Below are positions 41,235 through 50,891 of a stretch of 64,000 nt of DNA, piece after piece (the stretch's first letter is position 1; the number at the start of each line of letters is the position of its first letter). Under the pieces are notes generated by a model. That model was not told the DNA's origin and ran no database searches. It worked only from the letters and a program-made list of their open reading frames with translations. This stretch comes from Hormoscilla sp. GTDB taxonomy: Bacteria; Cyanobacteriota; Cyanobacteriia; Cyanobacteriales; Desertifilaceae. The stretch covers positions 1 through 64,000 of the forward strand of contig JBFRWI010000145.1 of NCBI GenBank assembly GCA_051439505.1, read 5' to 3'. Made by a program: the position numbers and the translations under genes.

Positions 41235-43949
41235 ATGGTGCTCAAAATTAACTTTGGTTCCGATAACGGTCGGTCGGACTTGCAAGATTGGATATCTGAG
41301 GCGATCGCCCTTGTGGGGGGGCGGGTGAGAGTGCGTCTGCGGGGGAATGACTTGCACGTGCTGTGCGAAGCACCTATCTGTCCCGATGCCGAGGCAGTCT
41401 TGCCGACTCTCAAGTCGGCGATCGCTTCTCACCTGGAGAAATTGCTGGATGGTAGGGACCGATCGCCGGTATATAAGGTGCTGGTCTACGGTCGTCAATT
41501 TGGCCTGCGGTACCCGGCCTGGACGGAAACGATCGCCCTGGACCAGTTAGACCGGGAAACGCTAGCGCTGTTGCCCAGGACTAAAGGGGCCGTGATCTCC
41601 AACCGGACTTTGGCCAGTCAGGGAGACCCACGGGCGATCGCCTGTTATTTGAGCGAAACCCTCAGTCCTTTAGGGGTGGGGGTGAAGGTGAAGAGCAAAA
41701 CTATGGGGAAAAGTGCGGGCTCTCACCTGCGGCTGTTAATTTCTTGCATTTCTAATTATAGCCCGGACTCGGCTTTGCTGGGACCGACTATTGCCCAGCA
41801 GTTGCGAGATTTGAATTTAAGGGGATTTATTGATGCGATCGTCCGCAGTTCGGTGCGGGGCGAGGAGACTCCCAACTGGACTCTGATTGTCGATCTGACT
41901 CCTTCGGAAGTCCTGCTGCGAGCATGGGGACGCTGGGGAGATGTGCCCGCGATCGCGCGACTGCTGAGTTTGAGTTTAGCCGATCGGGGAGTCACGGTTT
42001 CTGCCATTGGCAAGGAATCAACTCTGCACCTGTTCTGTCAGGCCCCCACGACCCCAGACCAACAATTTGTCAGGTATAAAATTGCCGATCTGCTGACATC
42101 TTTGCGGCCTCAAGGCATTCATGCGGCCACTATCTACGGTCATCTAATTGATGAACGGAAACCTCAGTGGGTAGAATGGCTGGATTTACCTTCTAAAGAA
42201 GATCCTCAAAGGGCGGTTTCTACCGTAAAATTGGCCGCACGGGGAGATCTGGAGGCTTTAGAATTTTTGCTCAATCGCTTATTAAATCCCGATCTGGAGG
42301 AGCAGTTGCTCACTGGCGGTATGCGAGTGCGGGTAGCGCGGAAAACGGACCTGTTACACGTGATGATCGACGCACCGGTCTGTCCCGACCAAAGTCATGC
42401 TGCACCGCTGATTGCTAAGTTTCTGCGGGAGCTGCAAATCCCCCAAATTGCTGGGGTTAGGGTTTACGGGCGCATGTCCGGTCAAAGGTTTCCGATCTGG
42501 AACTACGGTCTCGATTTTCGCCGCCGCCAACCTGCTGTTCCTACTTCTCAGCCGCTTGAAGATGAGCTGCTTTGTGATGATAGTTGGGATTTGTCTCTGG
42601 CTGCCAACCGCATTTCCGGTAAGCTAGTATTGGCAATCAAGCAATGTTTAATCCGATCGGGATTGTGCGTGCCTCAAATGGAGTTGGCCTCCACCAGAGT
42701 TCCCGGGCGATCGTCCCAGCCATTTATGATTAATTCGGAATTTTTAAGTACAATCGTCTGGACGGCTGTGGGATTGCTGCTGACTTTGCAAATTGATTGG
42801 GTGTTGGGAAATATCGTACTTCCAGCAGCGGTCATCGGTCAAGAAGAAGAGGGTCAGTTGGCGTCGGATGCCTCCTCTGAGGTGGTCTCCCCTTACCCCA
42901 GCTTTATCAATCCTTTACTGGACGAACATCTGGGGCGCTATCATCAATTATTAATAGAATCTGGTCCTCCTGATGTTATGGTGGTCGGCAGTTCCCGGGG
43001 ACTGCGGGGGATAGACCCAAAGGTACTCCGCCAAGTTCTCAGATCCCGAGGCTATGGAAACGTGAGTATTTATAATTTTGGCGTTAACGGTGCTACGGCC
43101 CAAGTGGTGGACGCGATCGTCCGCCGCATTTTAACTGCCGAACAGTTGCCGAAATTGATTCTCTGGGCCGATGGTACTCGCGCTTTTAATAGCGGTCGCA
43201 AAGATCTGACTTATCAGGTAATTGCTTCTTCAGTCGGTTACTCTCAATTGGCAGATGGCACTCTGGTCCGTCCTACCTATGGTGACTCTACTAATGCTAA
43301 TTCTTCCCCAAGAACGATCGCTGGTTATCAAGATGTCGAGCGTTGGTTCGATCGGGTGCTGGGTTCGGCCTCGGCCCTCTATCCTCAACGGGAACAGTTG
43401 AAATCCCTTTTGGGGGCACAGATCGCTAATGTCCTACCTTCTGTGAAACTGGATCGACTGGGCAATTTACAAGACCCGGAAGCACCGGAATTATTAACTA
43501 TTCAGGGGGTTTTAGAACCAGATGGCTTTCTGCCCTTTGACCTGCGCTTCGATCCCGATACTTACTATCAAAATCATCCCCGAGTCACTGGCAAATACGA
43601 CCAGGACTATCAAGCTTTTGACCTGGGCAGCACCCAAGGAGAAGCGCTCAATGCTCTGCTAGAGTTAACTAAGGATCGTGATATTCCGGTTGTTTTCGTC
43701 AACCTGCCCCTCACCGATCGATATTTAGATCCGGTCCGCAGAGAATACGAGCAAAAATTTCGCCAACACATGGAGAGTCTGACTGCCCCCGAAGAGTTTA
43801 TTTTCCGAGATCTAACTCTTTTGTGGGATGGCGGTCAATATGAATTTTTCTCCGACCCCAGTCACCTCAACCGTTATGGCGCTGCTGCGGTCTCGGCACA
43901 TCTGGCCTGGGACCCGATGATTCCTTGGCACGTACTTGCAGAAGATTGA
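41235..43949 (+). CDS. DUF1574-type protein (repeated N-terminal modules, TM, SGNH-like C-terminal domain)
   Basis: VVGSSRG, NFGVNGAT and FFSDPSHLN SGNH-like blocks after a TM helix. Confidence 0.8.
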   Translation: MVLKINFGSDNGRSDLQDWISEAIALVGGRVRVRLRGNDLHVLCEAPICPDAEAVLPTLKSAIASHLEKLLDGRDRSPVYKVLVYGRQFGLRYPAWTETIALDQLDRETLALLPRTKGAVISNRTLASQGDPRAIACYLSETLSPLGVGVKVKSKTMGKSAGSHLRLLISCISNYSPDSALLGPTIAQQLRDLNLRGFIDAIVRSSVRGEETPNWTLIVDLTPSEVLLRAWGRWGDVPAIARLLSLSLADRGVTVSAIGKESTLHLFCQAPTTPDQQFVRYKIADLLTSLRPQGIHAATIYGHLIDERKPQWVEWLDLPSKEDPQRAVSTVKLAARGDLEALEFLLNRLLNPDLEEQLLTGGMRVRVARKTDLLHVMIDAPVCPDQSHAAPLIAKFLRELQIPQIAGVRVYGRMSGQRFPIWNYGLDFRRRQPAVPTSQPLEDELLCDDSWDLSLAANRISGKLVLAIKQCLIRSGLCVPQMELASTRVPGRSSQPFMINSEFLSTIVWTAVGLLLTLQIDWVLGNIVLPAAVIGQEEEGQLASDASSEVVSPYPSFINPLLDEHLGRYHQLLIESGPPDVMVVGSSRGLRGIDPKVLRQVLRSRGYGNVSIYNFGVNGATAQVVDAIVRRILTAEQLPKLILWADGTRAFNSGRKDLTYQVIASSVGYSQLADGTLVRPTYGDSTNANSSPRTIAGYQDVERWFDRVLGSASALYPQREQLKSLLGAQIANVLPSVKLDRLGNLQDPEAPELLTIQGVLEPDGFLPFDLRFDPDTYYQNHPRVTGKYDQDYQAFDLGSTQGEALNALLELTKDRDIPVVFVNLPLTDRYLDPVRREYEQKFRQHMESLTAPEEFIFRDLTLLWDGGQYEFFSDPSHLNRYGAAAVSAHLAWDPMIPWHVLAED

Positions 43950-43953
43950 AAAT

Positions 43954-44172
43954 TGCGTTGCACATTTTTACCGATGATAGCAGCCAATTTTTCAACTTTG
44001 CGCTCTAGCTAATTGCTAATTGAAAAGAGTAAAGCCATCTATTCATGACGACAAATGACGATCTCAATTCACCATTGACAATAGCGCTCCTGCAGGCTCC
44101 GGGCCCCCTCCGCTGCGCGACTTCGTCCTCTGCAATTAGCAGCCGGAATCATCGGTGGAGTTGTGCAACGCC
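43954..44172. mobile_element. MITE-like element (GCGTTGCACA...CCGATGAT termini)
   Basis: Left TGCGTTGCACATTTTTACCGATGAT, right ATCATCGGTGGAGTTGTGCAACGCC; same family as 30737-30813. Confidence 0.65.
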
Positions 44173-44323
44173 AAGTAAATATCCCATGAGAGGGAAAAAA
44201 ATTATTAAACCCTTGACAAGTTCCACTCCCGTTAGCTATACTTTATTCAGCAATGAAGGTTCATGGGGGCTTGGAAAATCAACAAGCCCAAGCGAAACCA
44301 GGGATGCCCGGCCCGGACTGCTA

Positions 44324-44394
44324 ATAATTGATAATTGATAATTGACAATTGATAATGGGTAATTGTCAATTATCAATTATCAATTGTCAATTAT
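44324..44394. repeat. Inverted heptamer array (TAATTGA)n/(TCAATTA)n
   Basis: Directly visible; can form a long hairpin. Confidence 0.8.
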
Positions 44395-44516
44395 AGAAAG
44401 GATTTAGTCTATTTTGGTAGACTGGCAATTTTAGCCTCTCTTTTTGACCAGAGGCTGCTTGTTGCGACAGATGCAAGATATGAGTGTAACAACGGCGGCG
44501 TAACAACTAGAAGATT

Positions 44517-46001
44517 ATGAGTTTGACTTCGATCGCATATGGCATGTTCTTGCTACTTGTGGGGGCAATTTACTGGTCGGTGCCCCGCCAAAACTGGCGA
44601 CTCTGGACGATCTTAATTGCTAGTTTTGCCTTTTACGGTCAACCACAATATTTTCCCTTGCTACTGGCGATCGCCCTCATAAATTTTGCCTTGGGACGAT
44701 CGATGGGGTATCATAGATATGAGGAAAGTTGGGATTTAAAAAATGCAGCTTTTGCGGAACTGGACTGGGACCGCTATCGGCGCACCGTTCCCCTACTATT
44801 GGGGATTATATTGAACGTGCTGCTACTCCTGGGTTTTAAATATTTACCCTTTATTTTCTCTTTGCTGCCACCGATACTGGACCTGCCGGTACCTCTGGAA
44901 CGGGTAAACGCGATCGCCGATAATTTAATTGCCCCTTTGGGCCTGAGTTTCTTTTGCTTTGAGTCCATTGCTTACCTGATCGATGTCTATCGCGGGGCCC
45001 CGGCAGCAAGAAAGTTTCTCCCCTTTGCTGCTTACAAGCTTTTCTTTCCTAAACTGATCTCCGGACCCATTACTACCTACCATCAATTTGACAGTCAATG
45101 GGCCTCTTTGCGCTTTCCTAACGCTCAATTGCTGGCCGAAGCTTTGTGGTCGATCGCTTTTGGAATTGCTAAAAAAGTGCTAGTGGCCGATCGCCTGGGC
45201 ATTTTCGTCGCTTTATGCTTTGATAATCTCAACCGGGCCGGTAGCGGCGACCTTTGGTTGGCAACCTTTGCCTATGGTTTGCAACTATATCTGGACTTTA
45301 GTGCCTATGTTGATATTGTCCGAGGCACCGCTATCCTCTTTGGCCTGCATTTGCCCCCCAATTTTGATTACCCTTACTTTAGTACCAGCATTGCTGATTT
45401 TTGGCGGCGCTGGCATATTACTTTGGGAGATTGGTTGCGCAACTATCTCTATTTCCCCCTCGGCGGTTCCCGACGCGGTTTGGCCAGAACTTGCCTCAAT
45501 TTACTTATTGTTATGGCGATCGCGGGCATTTGGCACGGTCCCGCTTGGGGCTTTATTATCTGGGGCCTACTTCACGGTGTCGCTTTGGTCGTCCATCGCC
45601 TCACGGAAGCAATCTCCGGACCTAAATCTCTCTGGCACCGCTTTCCTGGGGTACTATTAGCTTGGGCACTTACTCAAGCTACCGTCTTTACTGCCTGGAT
45701 CTTCTTTCGCTTGCCCAATTTGTCAGACTCGACTTTGGTCTTTCAACATCTTTGGGGCTATAATGCTGACATCCAGTTCGCTCAAAAAGTCTATCTCGAC
45801 AGCATGGGGCTCGATCGCTTACAATTTGCTATATTGCTGGGATTCCTTTTCCTCGGGATGTTCTGCTTATTTGTTTTACACCGACTGCTGAAGTTGCAAC
45901 TTAACTGGCCTCTGAAGCTGCTTTTGGTCCCCCTTTGCCTCTATACTGTTTGGCATCTTGCCCCCCCAGGCGGTTTACCCTATATCTATTTTGATTTTTG
46001 A
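44517..46001 (+). CDS. MBOAT family O-acyltransferase (AlgI/DltB-like)
   Basis: PLGLSFF, FFPKLISGPI, LYLDFSAY, DFWRRWHITL, GIWHG. Confidence 0.93.
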   Translation: MSLTSIAYGMFLLLVGAIYWSVPRQNWRLWTILIASFAFYGQPQYFPLLLAIALINFALGRSMGYHRYEESWDLKNAAFAELDWDRYRRTVPLLLGIILNVLLLLGFKYLPFIFSLLPPILDLPVPLERVNAIADNLIAPLGLSFFCFESIAYLIDVYRGAPAARKFLPFAAYKLFFPKLISGPITTYHQFDSQWASLRFPNAQLLAEALWSIAFGIAKKVLVADRLGIFVALCFDNLNRAGSGDLWLATFAYGLQLYLDFSAYVDIVRGTAILFGLHLPPNFDYPYFSTSIADFWRRWHITLGDWLRNYLYFPLGGSRRGLARTCLNLLIVMAIAGIWHGPAWGFIIWGLLHGVALVVHRLTEAISGPKSLWHRFPGVLLAWALTQATVFTAWIFFRLPNLSDSTLVFQHLWGYNADIQFAQKVYLDSMGLDRLQFAILLGFLFLGMFCLFVLHRLLKLQLNWPLKLLLVPLCLYTVWHLAPPGGLPYIYFDF

Positions 46002-46109
46002 ACTGGGCGCGATCGCCCCTTCGACACCACGTGCGATCGCACCGGGGGCCGGGCAGGACTGTTTAGTCCACTTGAGAGAAGGATAATGATGAAAGTTGCA
46101 ATGTCGCTG

Positions 46110-46171
46110 GGGTGTGGTCATGCATTTGTTGCAAAGCGGATCCCCCCCCCAAACGGGTTTTGACCACACCC
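46110..46171. mobile_element. Short derivative of the GGGTGTGGTCA MITE
   Basis: GGGTGTGGTCA...TGACCACACCC, 62 bp; no TSD evident. Confidence 0.7.
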
Positions 46172-46300
46172 AACGTTCTATAGTAGTACGATAATTAAAA
46201 TCAAAAGTCACCATCGCTTTGGTAATATCATTTTTGATAAATTATTGTTCGCGCTCACTTTCCTATGCTACCATAAATATACAGTTGATTTATCCTAAAA

Positions 46301-48619
46301 ATGTCCGCTCGAAATAAAAATATCCCGTGGTTAATTTCATCATCAAACCCTCCCGACTGGTTCGTGCAAGCGGTGCAAGGCCACGCACCGAACTTGCCCA
46401 GGGTCGATCAGGCGGCCCAACTGCTATGGAGTCGGGGGATCCAAGACACCGAAAAGCTAGCAGTATTTTTAGATCCAAATCTGTATCAACCAGCGAGTCC
46501 CTGGGAGTTCGGTGCCGAAATGGACTGGGCGGTCAAAAGATTGCAGCAAGCGAGGGTTGCTGAGGAAATAGTAACCATTTGGGGAGATTTTGATGCCGAT
46601 GGAGTCACTTCTACGGCGGTGCTTTGGGATGGGTTGGGGCAGTTTTTCCCCCGCGAAAAACTATCATACTATATTCCCGATCGCCTCACAGAATCCCACG
46701 GCTTAAACTGCCAGGGAATAGAGGCGATCGCCCAAAAGGGTACGCAGCTAATTGTCACCTGCGATACGGGCAGCACCAACTTAGCAGAAATCGAGTATGC
46801 TAAATCCCTAGGAATTGATATTATTGTCACGGATCACCACACCCTGCTGGAGGAACGTCCTCCCGTGACAGCAATTATTAACCCTCGCTATCTGCCCGCA
46901 GAACATCAGCTATTTCACCTTTCGGGGGTGGCAGTTGCTTATAAACTAATAGAAGCCCTCTATCAAGCAATGCCCGATGTCCCCCAACAACCTCTAGCAG
47001 ATCTGTTAGATTTAGTAGCGATCGGTCTCATTGCCGATCTGGTGCAGTTAAGTGGAGATTGCCGTTATTTGGCGCAGATGGGGATTAAACAATTGCAAGC
47101 TGATTTTCAGAAAGCCGCCCAGTCTCGCAGGCGTCCTGGAGTGGGAAAGCTGCTGGAACTATGCCAGGGAAATGGCGATCGCCCCACAGACATTTCCTTT
47201 GGAATAGGTCCGCGCATCAACGCGGTCAGTCGCATTTACGGCGACGCTTCCTTTTGCGTTGAATTACTCACCAGTCGCGACATTAACCGCTGCCGGGAAT
47301 TAGCAGAAGCGGCAGAATTAGCCAACAGTCGCCGCAAAGCTTTGCAGAAAGATGTGGCTGCCGATGTCAACGAAAAACTAACTAAATTAGATTTATCTAC
47401 GACTGAGATTATAGTGCTTGACGACCCCCAATGGCATGTAGGTGTTCTGGGTTTAGTAGCTGCTGAAGTCGCCCAAAACTGCGATCGGCCCACAATTTTA
47501 CTCAGTACCGATCTGGATGAAAATCAACCTTTAGCCAGAGGTTCGGCCCGTTCGGTCGCGGGAATTGACCTTTACCAACTGGTAAAATCCCAAGCACAGT
47601 TGTTAGATAGATTTGGGGGTCATCCCTTCGCAGCGGGTTTGAGTTTACCAGTTGAGAATATCCCCTTATTTACTGAAGCAATAAATCAGCAATTGCGGAC
47701 CATGGACAGCGTAGTCACAGCTACAGCAGCATGGGAAGCTGACCTAGTGGTAACAGTAGCAGAATTAGGAAAAGAGTTGTTTCGCCAACTGAAATTGCTA
47801 GAACCTTGTGGTATTGGCAACCCCGTCCCCAAGCTGCTGATTGAAAACTGCTGGTTTGCCAATCCCTGGAATAAAAATATTATAGATGCTCAGGGAAAGA
47901 AAGTCCGCTACATCAAGACAGAATTTAGAATAGGAGATGATTCTACAGAAAGAAGCTTTAATGGGGTCTGGTGGGGTCACTATAAGGAAGAAATTCCCCC
48001 AGGGCGATGCGATGCGATCGTGGAATTAGATTACAATTCTTATCATAAACGTTATGAAGTGCGGCTGATGGCAGTGCGCCCCAGCAGGGAACCGGAAATG
48101 AAGATCCCACAGATATCAATATTAGACTGGCGGGGGAAGGATAATATAAGCCAAGAGAATCAATCTTTAATTATATTGACAGAATGTCCGGCAAGCTGGG
48201 ATGATTTAAACTTGTACTTGCGATCGGCCCGACAACGGCAACAACCAGTGGCGATCGCCTACCGGGAACCAGAGGCGATCGCGGCCCAGGAGGTCTGGCA
48301 ACAACTGCTAGGCATTGCCAAATACCTGAGTCGCACGGGTAAAACTGCCAACCGCCAACAACTGCAAGCAAAACTAGGACTAGGGGAAGCAGCGGTCAAT
48401 TTAGGACTGGAAGCCCTCAAGGATCTGGGTTTTACCATTATTACTCTAGATGCCAGCAGTTTGCAGATCGCTTGGCATCCCATTGAAGAAGCGATCGAAC
48501 AATCAGTTGCCATCAATCAATTTTTAGCAGCAGTCCAAGAAGAACAATTTCGCCGCCAGTATTTCTGTAAAGTAAGCATTTCCACAATTCACGCACAATT
48601 AGTGAATAGCGAATGGTGA
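46301..48619 (+). CDS. recJ: Single-stranded DNA exonuclease RecJ
   Basis: GDFDADGVTS, VTDHH, GPRINA, RGSARS, FGGHPFAAG. Confidence 0.93.
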   Translation: MSARNKNIPWLISSSNPPDWFVQAVQGHAPNLPRVDQAAQLLWSRGIQDTEKLAVFLDPNLYQPASPWEFGAEMDWAVKRLQQARVAEEIVTIWGDFDADGVTSTAVLWDGLGQFFPREKLSYYIPDRLTESHGLNCQGIEAIAQKGTQLIVTCDTGSTNLAEIEYAKSLGIDIIVTDHHTLLEERPPVTAIINPRYLPAEHQLFHLSGVAVAYKLIEALYQAMPDVPQQPLADLLDLVAIGLIADLVQLSGDCRYLAQMGIKQLQADFQKAAQSRRRPGVGKLLELCQGNGDRPTDISFGIGPRINAVSRIYGDASFCVELLTSRDINRCRELAEAAELANSRRKALQKDVAADVNEKLTKLDLSTTEIIVLDDPQWHVGVLGLVAAEVAQNCDRPTILLSTDLDENQPLARGSARSVAGIDLYQLVKSQAQLLDRFGGHPFAAGLSLPVENIPLFTEAINQQLRTMDSVVTATAAWEADLVVTVAELGKELFRQLKLLEPCGIGNPVPKLLIENCWFANPWNKNIIDAQGKKVRYIKTEFRIGDDSTERSFNGVWWGHYKEEIPPGRCDAIVELDYNSYHKRYEVRLMAVRPSREPEMKIPQISILDWRGKDNISQENQSLIILTECPASWDDLNLYLRSARQRQQPVAIAYREPEAIAAQEVWQQLLGIAKYLSRTGKTANRQQLQAKLGLGEAAVNLGLEALKDLGFTIITLDASSLQIAWHPIEEAIEQSVAINQFLAAVQEEQFRRQYFCKVSISTIHAQLVNSEW

Positions 48620-48639
48620 AGCTCAATAGCTAATCAAAA

Positions 48640-49584
48640 TTACCTACTATTAAACTGCGATTTCAAAACCTTGCCTACAGTCCTAGGAACACCATATAAC
48701 TTATTAAAAAACAGATTCCATAAATATCCATACTGCGGATACTTTTTCACTAATAAAACATCTGACACCACGTGAAATCTAGGAGGTTTCAATGACGGCT
48801 CCTTATCAATATATCGAATTTGTTCTGGTTTAGGCATCCAGTGACCGATGATTGCATCTTTCCGAAAAAATTTAGCCTGCACGAATAAACCCAGTAATCT
48901 ATCAAATCCTGATGAAGGTATCCACCTTAATGCTCCCATTAATTTTGTCACCTGGGACAACTCGGGAAGTGCTTCTTGAACCATCTGATTTTTCCAAACA
49001 ATATTATTGAAATTTTCAAAATGGTAACCGTGATTATCTTTTCTTTCCATCAGGGGCCAGATAGCATGTCGAATATCAAAATTTTTATCTAAAGGCGCGA
49101 TCGGCACTTCCAGTAATCCAGTATAATTTCCTTTCTGATATGGATAGGGATTCTCCGGTGTTTTTTTGCATATCTCTAGTTGCCGAACATCAGGAATAGC
49201 CTGCCATTCTTGTTGAATCCGATGAAAATCGGATATATCTATATTTTCTTTTTGTAACCTCAAAATCCAACTTTGAGAAAATCTGTTAAAATATTGCTCA
49301 GTTAACCTGACAACATCTTCATGGACAAAGTCATCATCATCAAGAGCCAGAACATATTCTCCCAATGCATTGAGTAAGCCAACGAATCTTTGCATCATTT
49401 CGCCTTTGTAGGGGCTGATAATCAATTTTATTCGCGGGTCTTTGACCAATCTTACCGGCGTATTTGGCGGATATACTAAAACCAACTCAACTGAACCTTT
49501 TACCTTTAACCATTGTGAAAGCCAATAGTCGGAAAATTTTCCTAAAGATGGCGTAACTATAGATAAAATAGGCTTGCTATCCAT
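48640..49584 (-). CDS. GT2/GT-A family glycosyltransferase
   Basis: LSIVTPS N-terminus, GEYVLALDDDDF DxD motif; AT-rich. Confidence 0.75.
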   Translation of the reverse strand: MDSKPILSIVTPSLGKFSDYWLSQWLKVKGSVELVLVYPPNTPVRLVKDPRIKLIISPYKGEMMQRFVGLLNALGEYVLALDDDDFVHEDVVRLTEQYFNRFSQSWILRLQKENIDISDFHRIQQEWQAIPDVRQLEICKKTPENPYPYQKGNYTGLLEVPIAPLDKNFDIRHAIWPLMERKDNHGYHFENFNNIVWKNQMVQEALPELSQVTKLMGALRWIPSSGFDRLLGLFVQAKFFRKDAIIGHWMPKPEQIRYIDKEPSLKPPRFHVVSDVLLVKKYPQYGYLWNLFFNKLYGVPRTVGKVLKSQFNSR

Positions 49585-49842
49585 TTTTTACTCTCCTTTG
49601 TTTGTGTACTGATTGACACAACTATTAATTAAGTTACCTCTTTCCAAGGCTCTCGGTATCCTTCCGTTCGGTGAAATCATTTTGCCAGCCCAATGGCTGA
49701 GTTCATCAGTTACCGCGTCGCCTCACCTTAGAGCGGGCTTTTGGTCGCGAGTGAGTTGGCGTTAAACCATATACTTTTATTGTAGACTACCTATGACATA
49801 ATTGGCCTGTATGTTTACATTTTTTTTATAAATGAACCTCTA

Positions 49843-49980
49843 GGCACTGGTTCAGTCGGATTAATAAAACTGCTGAAACCCTTACAGAACAGGGGTGCGC
49901 GGTGATTTGGGCTCAAATAGCTAGATACTTTACTGGGTGAGGGTTTCAGGCATGATTTTAATTAGACAGCAACCAGTCCC
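49843..49980. mobile_element. 138-bp MITE with 8-bp TSD
   Basis: AACCTCTA at 49835-49842 and 49981-49988; imperfect TIRs GGCACTGGTT / AACCAGTCCC; inner CTGAAACCCT / AGGGTTTCAG inverted repeat. Confidence 0.8.
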
Positions 49981-49991
49981 AACCTCTAATA

Positions 49992-50663
49992 CTACTGCAA
50001 ATTACCTTGATGTTCGCAATGAAAGCCTTGCTGTTGCCAAGAATTCATGTTAACCTGGGTTAGAGGCAACAGTTCCGAGCAACTCGGCTGGTAAAATTGA
50101 CTAAGGACAGCCCAGACTAAAGCGCGAGTGACATCGAGACTGGTCTTGAACCATGACTCGCGATTGCCAGGAATGCCTTTTTCCTTGACAGTATAAGTAT
50201 CCACCCAGATGCCGCGAGTACCAAGGATGATTTGACCCAGCCATTTCGCCCGAGGGAGGTGGGTGGGGGAGGTAATCACCTGCACCTTGCGTACCCCCCA
50301 TTGCTGTAAAATAGCTAGACTAAAGTAGAAGTTGCCAAAGGTCGATCGGGCGCATTTTTCCAGCCAAACTCCTGACATGGGTGCGCCATCCCGCTGAAAA
50401 ATGAGCACAATGCAGGGGTCTGGGGAGCCTTGGGAAATTAAAATGGGGATATCAGGCTGTTGCTTGGCTAACTGTGCCACGTAGATTTCCCGGCGAATGC
50501 TACCTCCAAGCACGAGATAGGCATCTACCGGTGCATGGGCAGCTTGCAGAAGGGCGATCGCATTTCCCAGTAGCATGATGGTGGCAAGCAGAGTCAACCC
50601 CAGCCCAGCGGCCCGTAACCACCGGCGACGCGATCGATGTTTGGATGTTGTTTGTGGCTTCAT
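49992..50663 (-). CDS. YdcF/DUF218 family protein
   Basis: N-terminal TM, LVLGGS, LEKCARSTFGN, ITSPTHLPRA. Confidence 0.85.
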   Translation of the reverse strand: MKPQTTSKHRSRRRWLRAAGLGLTLLATIMLLGNAIALLQAAHAPVDAYLVLGGSIRREIYVAQLAKQQPDIPILISQGSPDPCIVLIFQRDGAPMSGVWLEKCARSTFGNFYFSLAILQQWGVRKVQVITSPTHLPRAKWLGQIILGTRGIWVDTYTVKEKGIPGNRESWFKTSLDVTRALVWAVLSQFYQPSCSELLPLTQVNMNSWQQQGFHCEHQGNLQ

Positions 50664-50891
50664 GGTCTGGTGCGGTGGTAATGGTAAATCGGTCGGTGAA
50701 AGATATTAAAGCAGTTGAAAATTATCGGGAACAAAGGCAAGGGCTTGGCCTTCCTAAAGCTATAATAGAGAAGAGAACCCGAAGTTGAGAGAGCAGGAAA
50801 TGTTGCGTCTAGGCAGTCAGCATAGCGTCAAAGTATGCTTGCTGCAAATTATTGTGAGAAATCGCGAGCAAAAAACTGGGTAGGAACTAAG

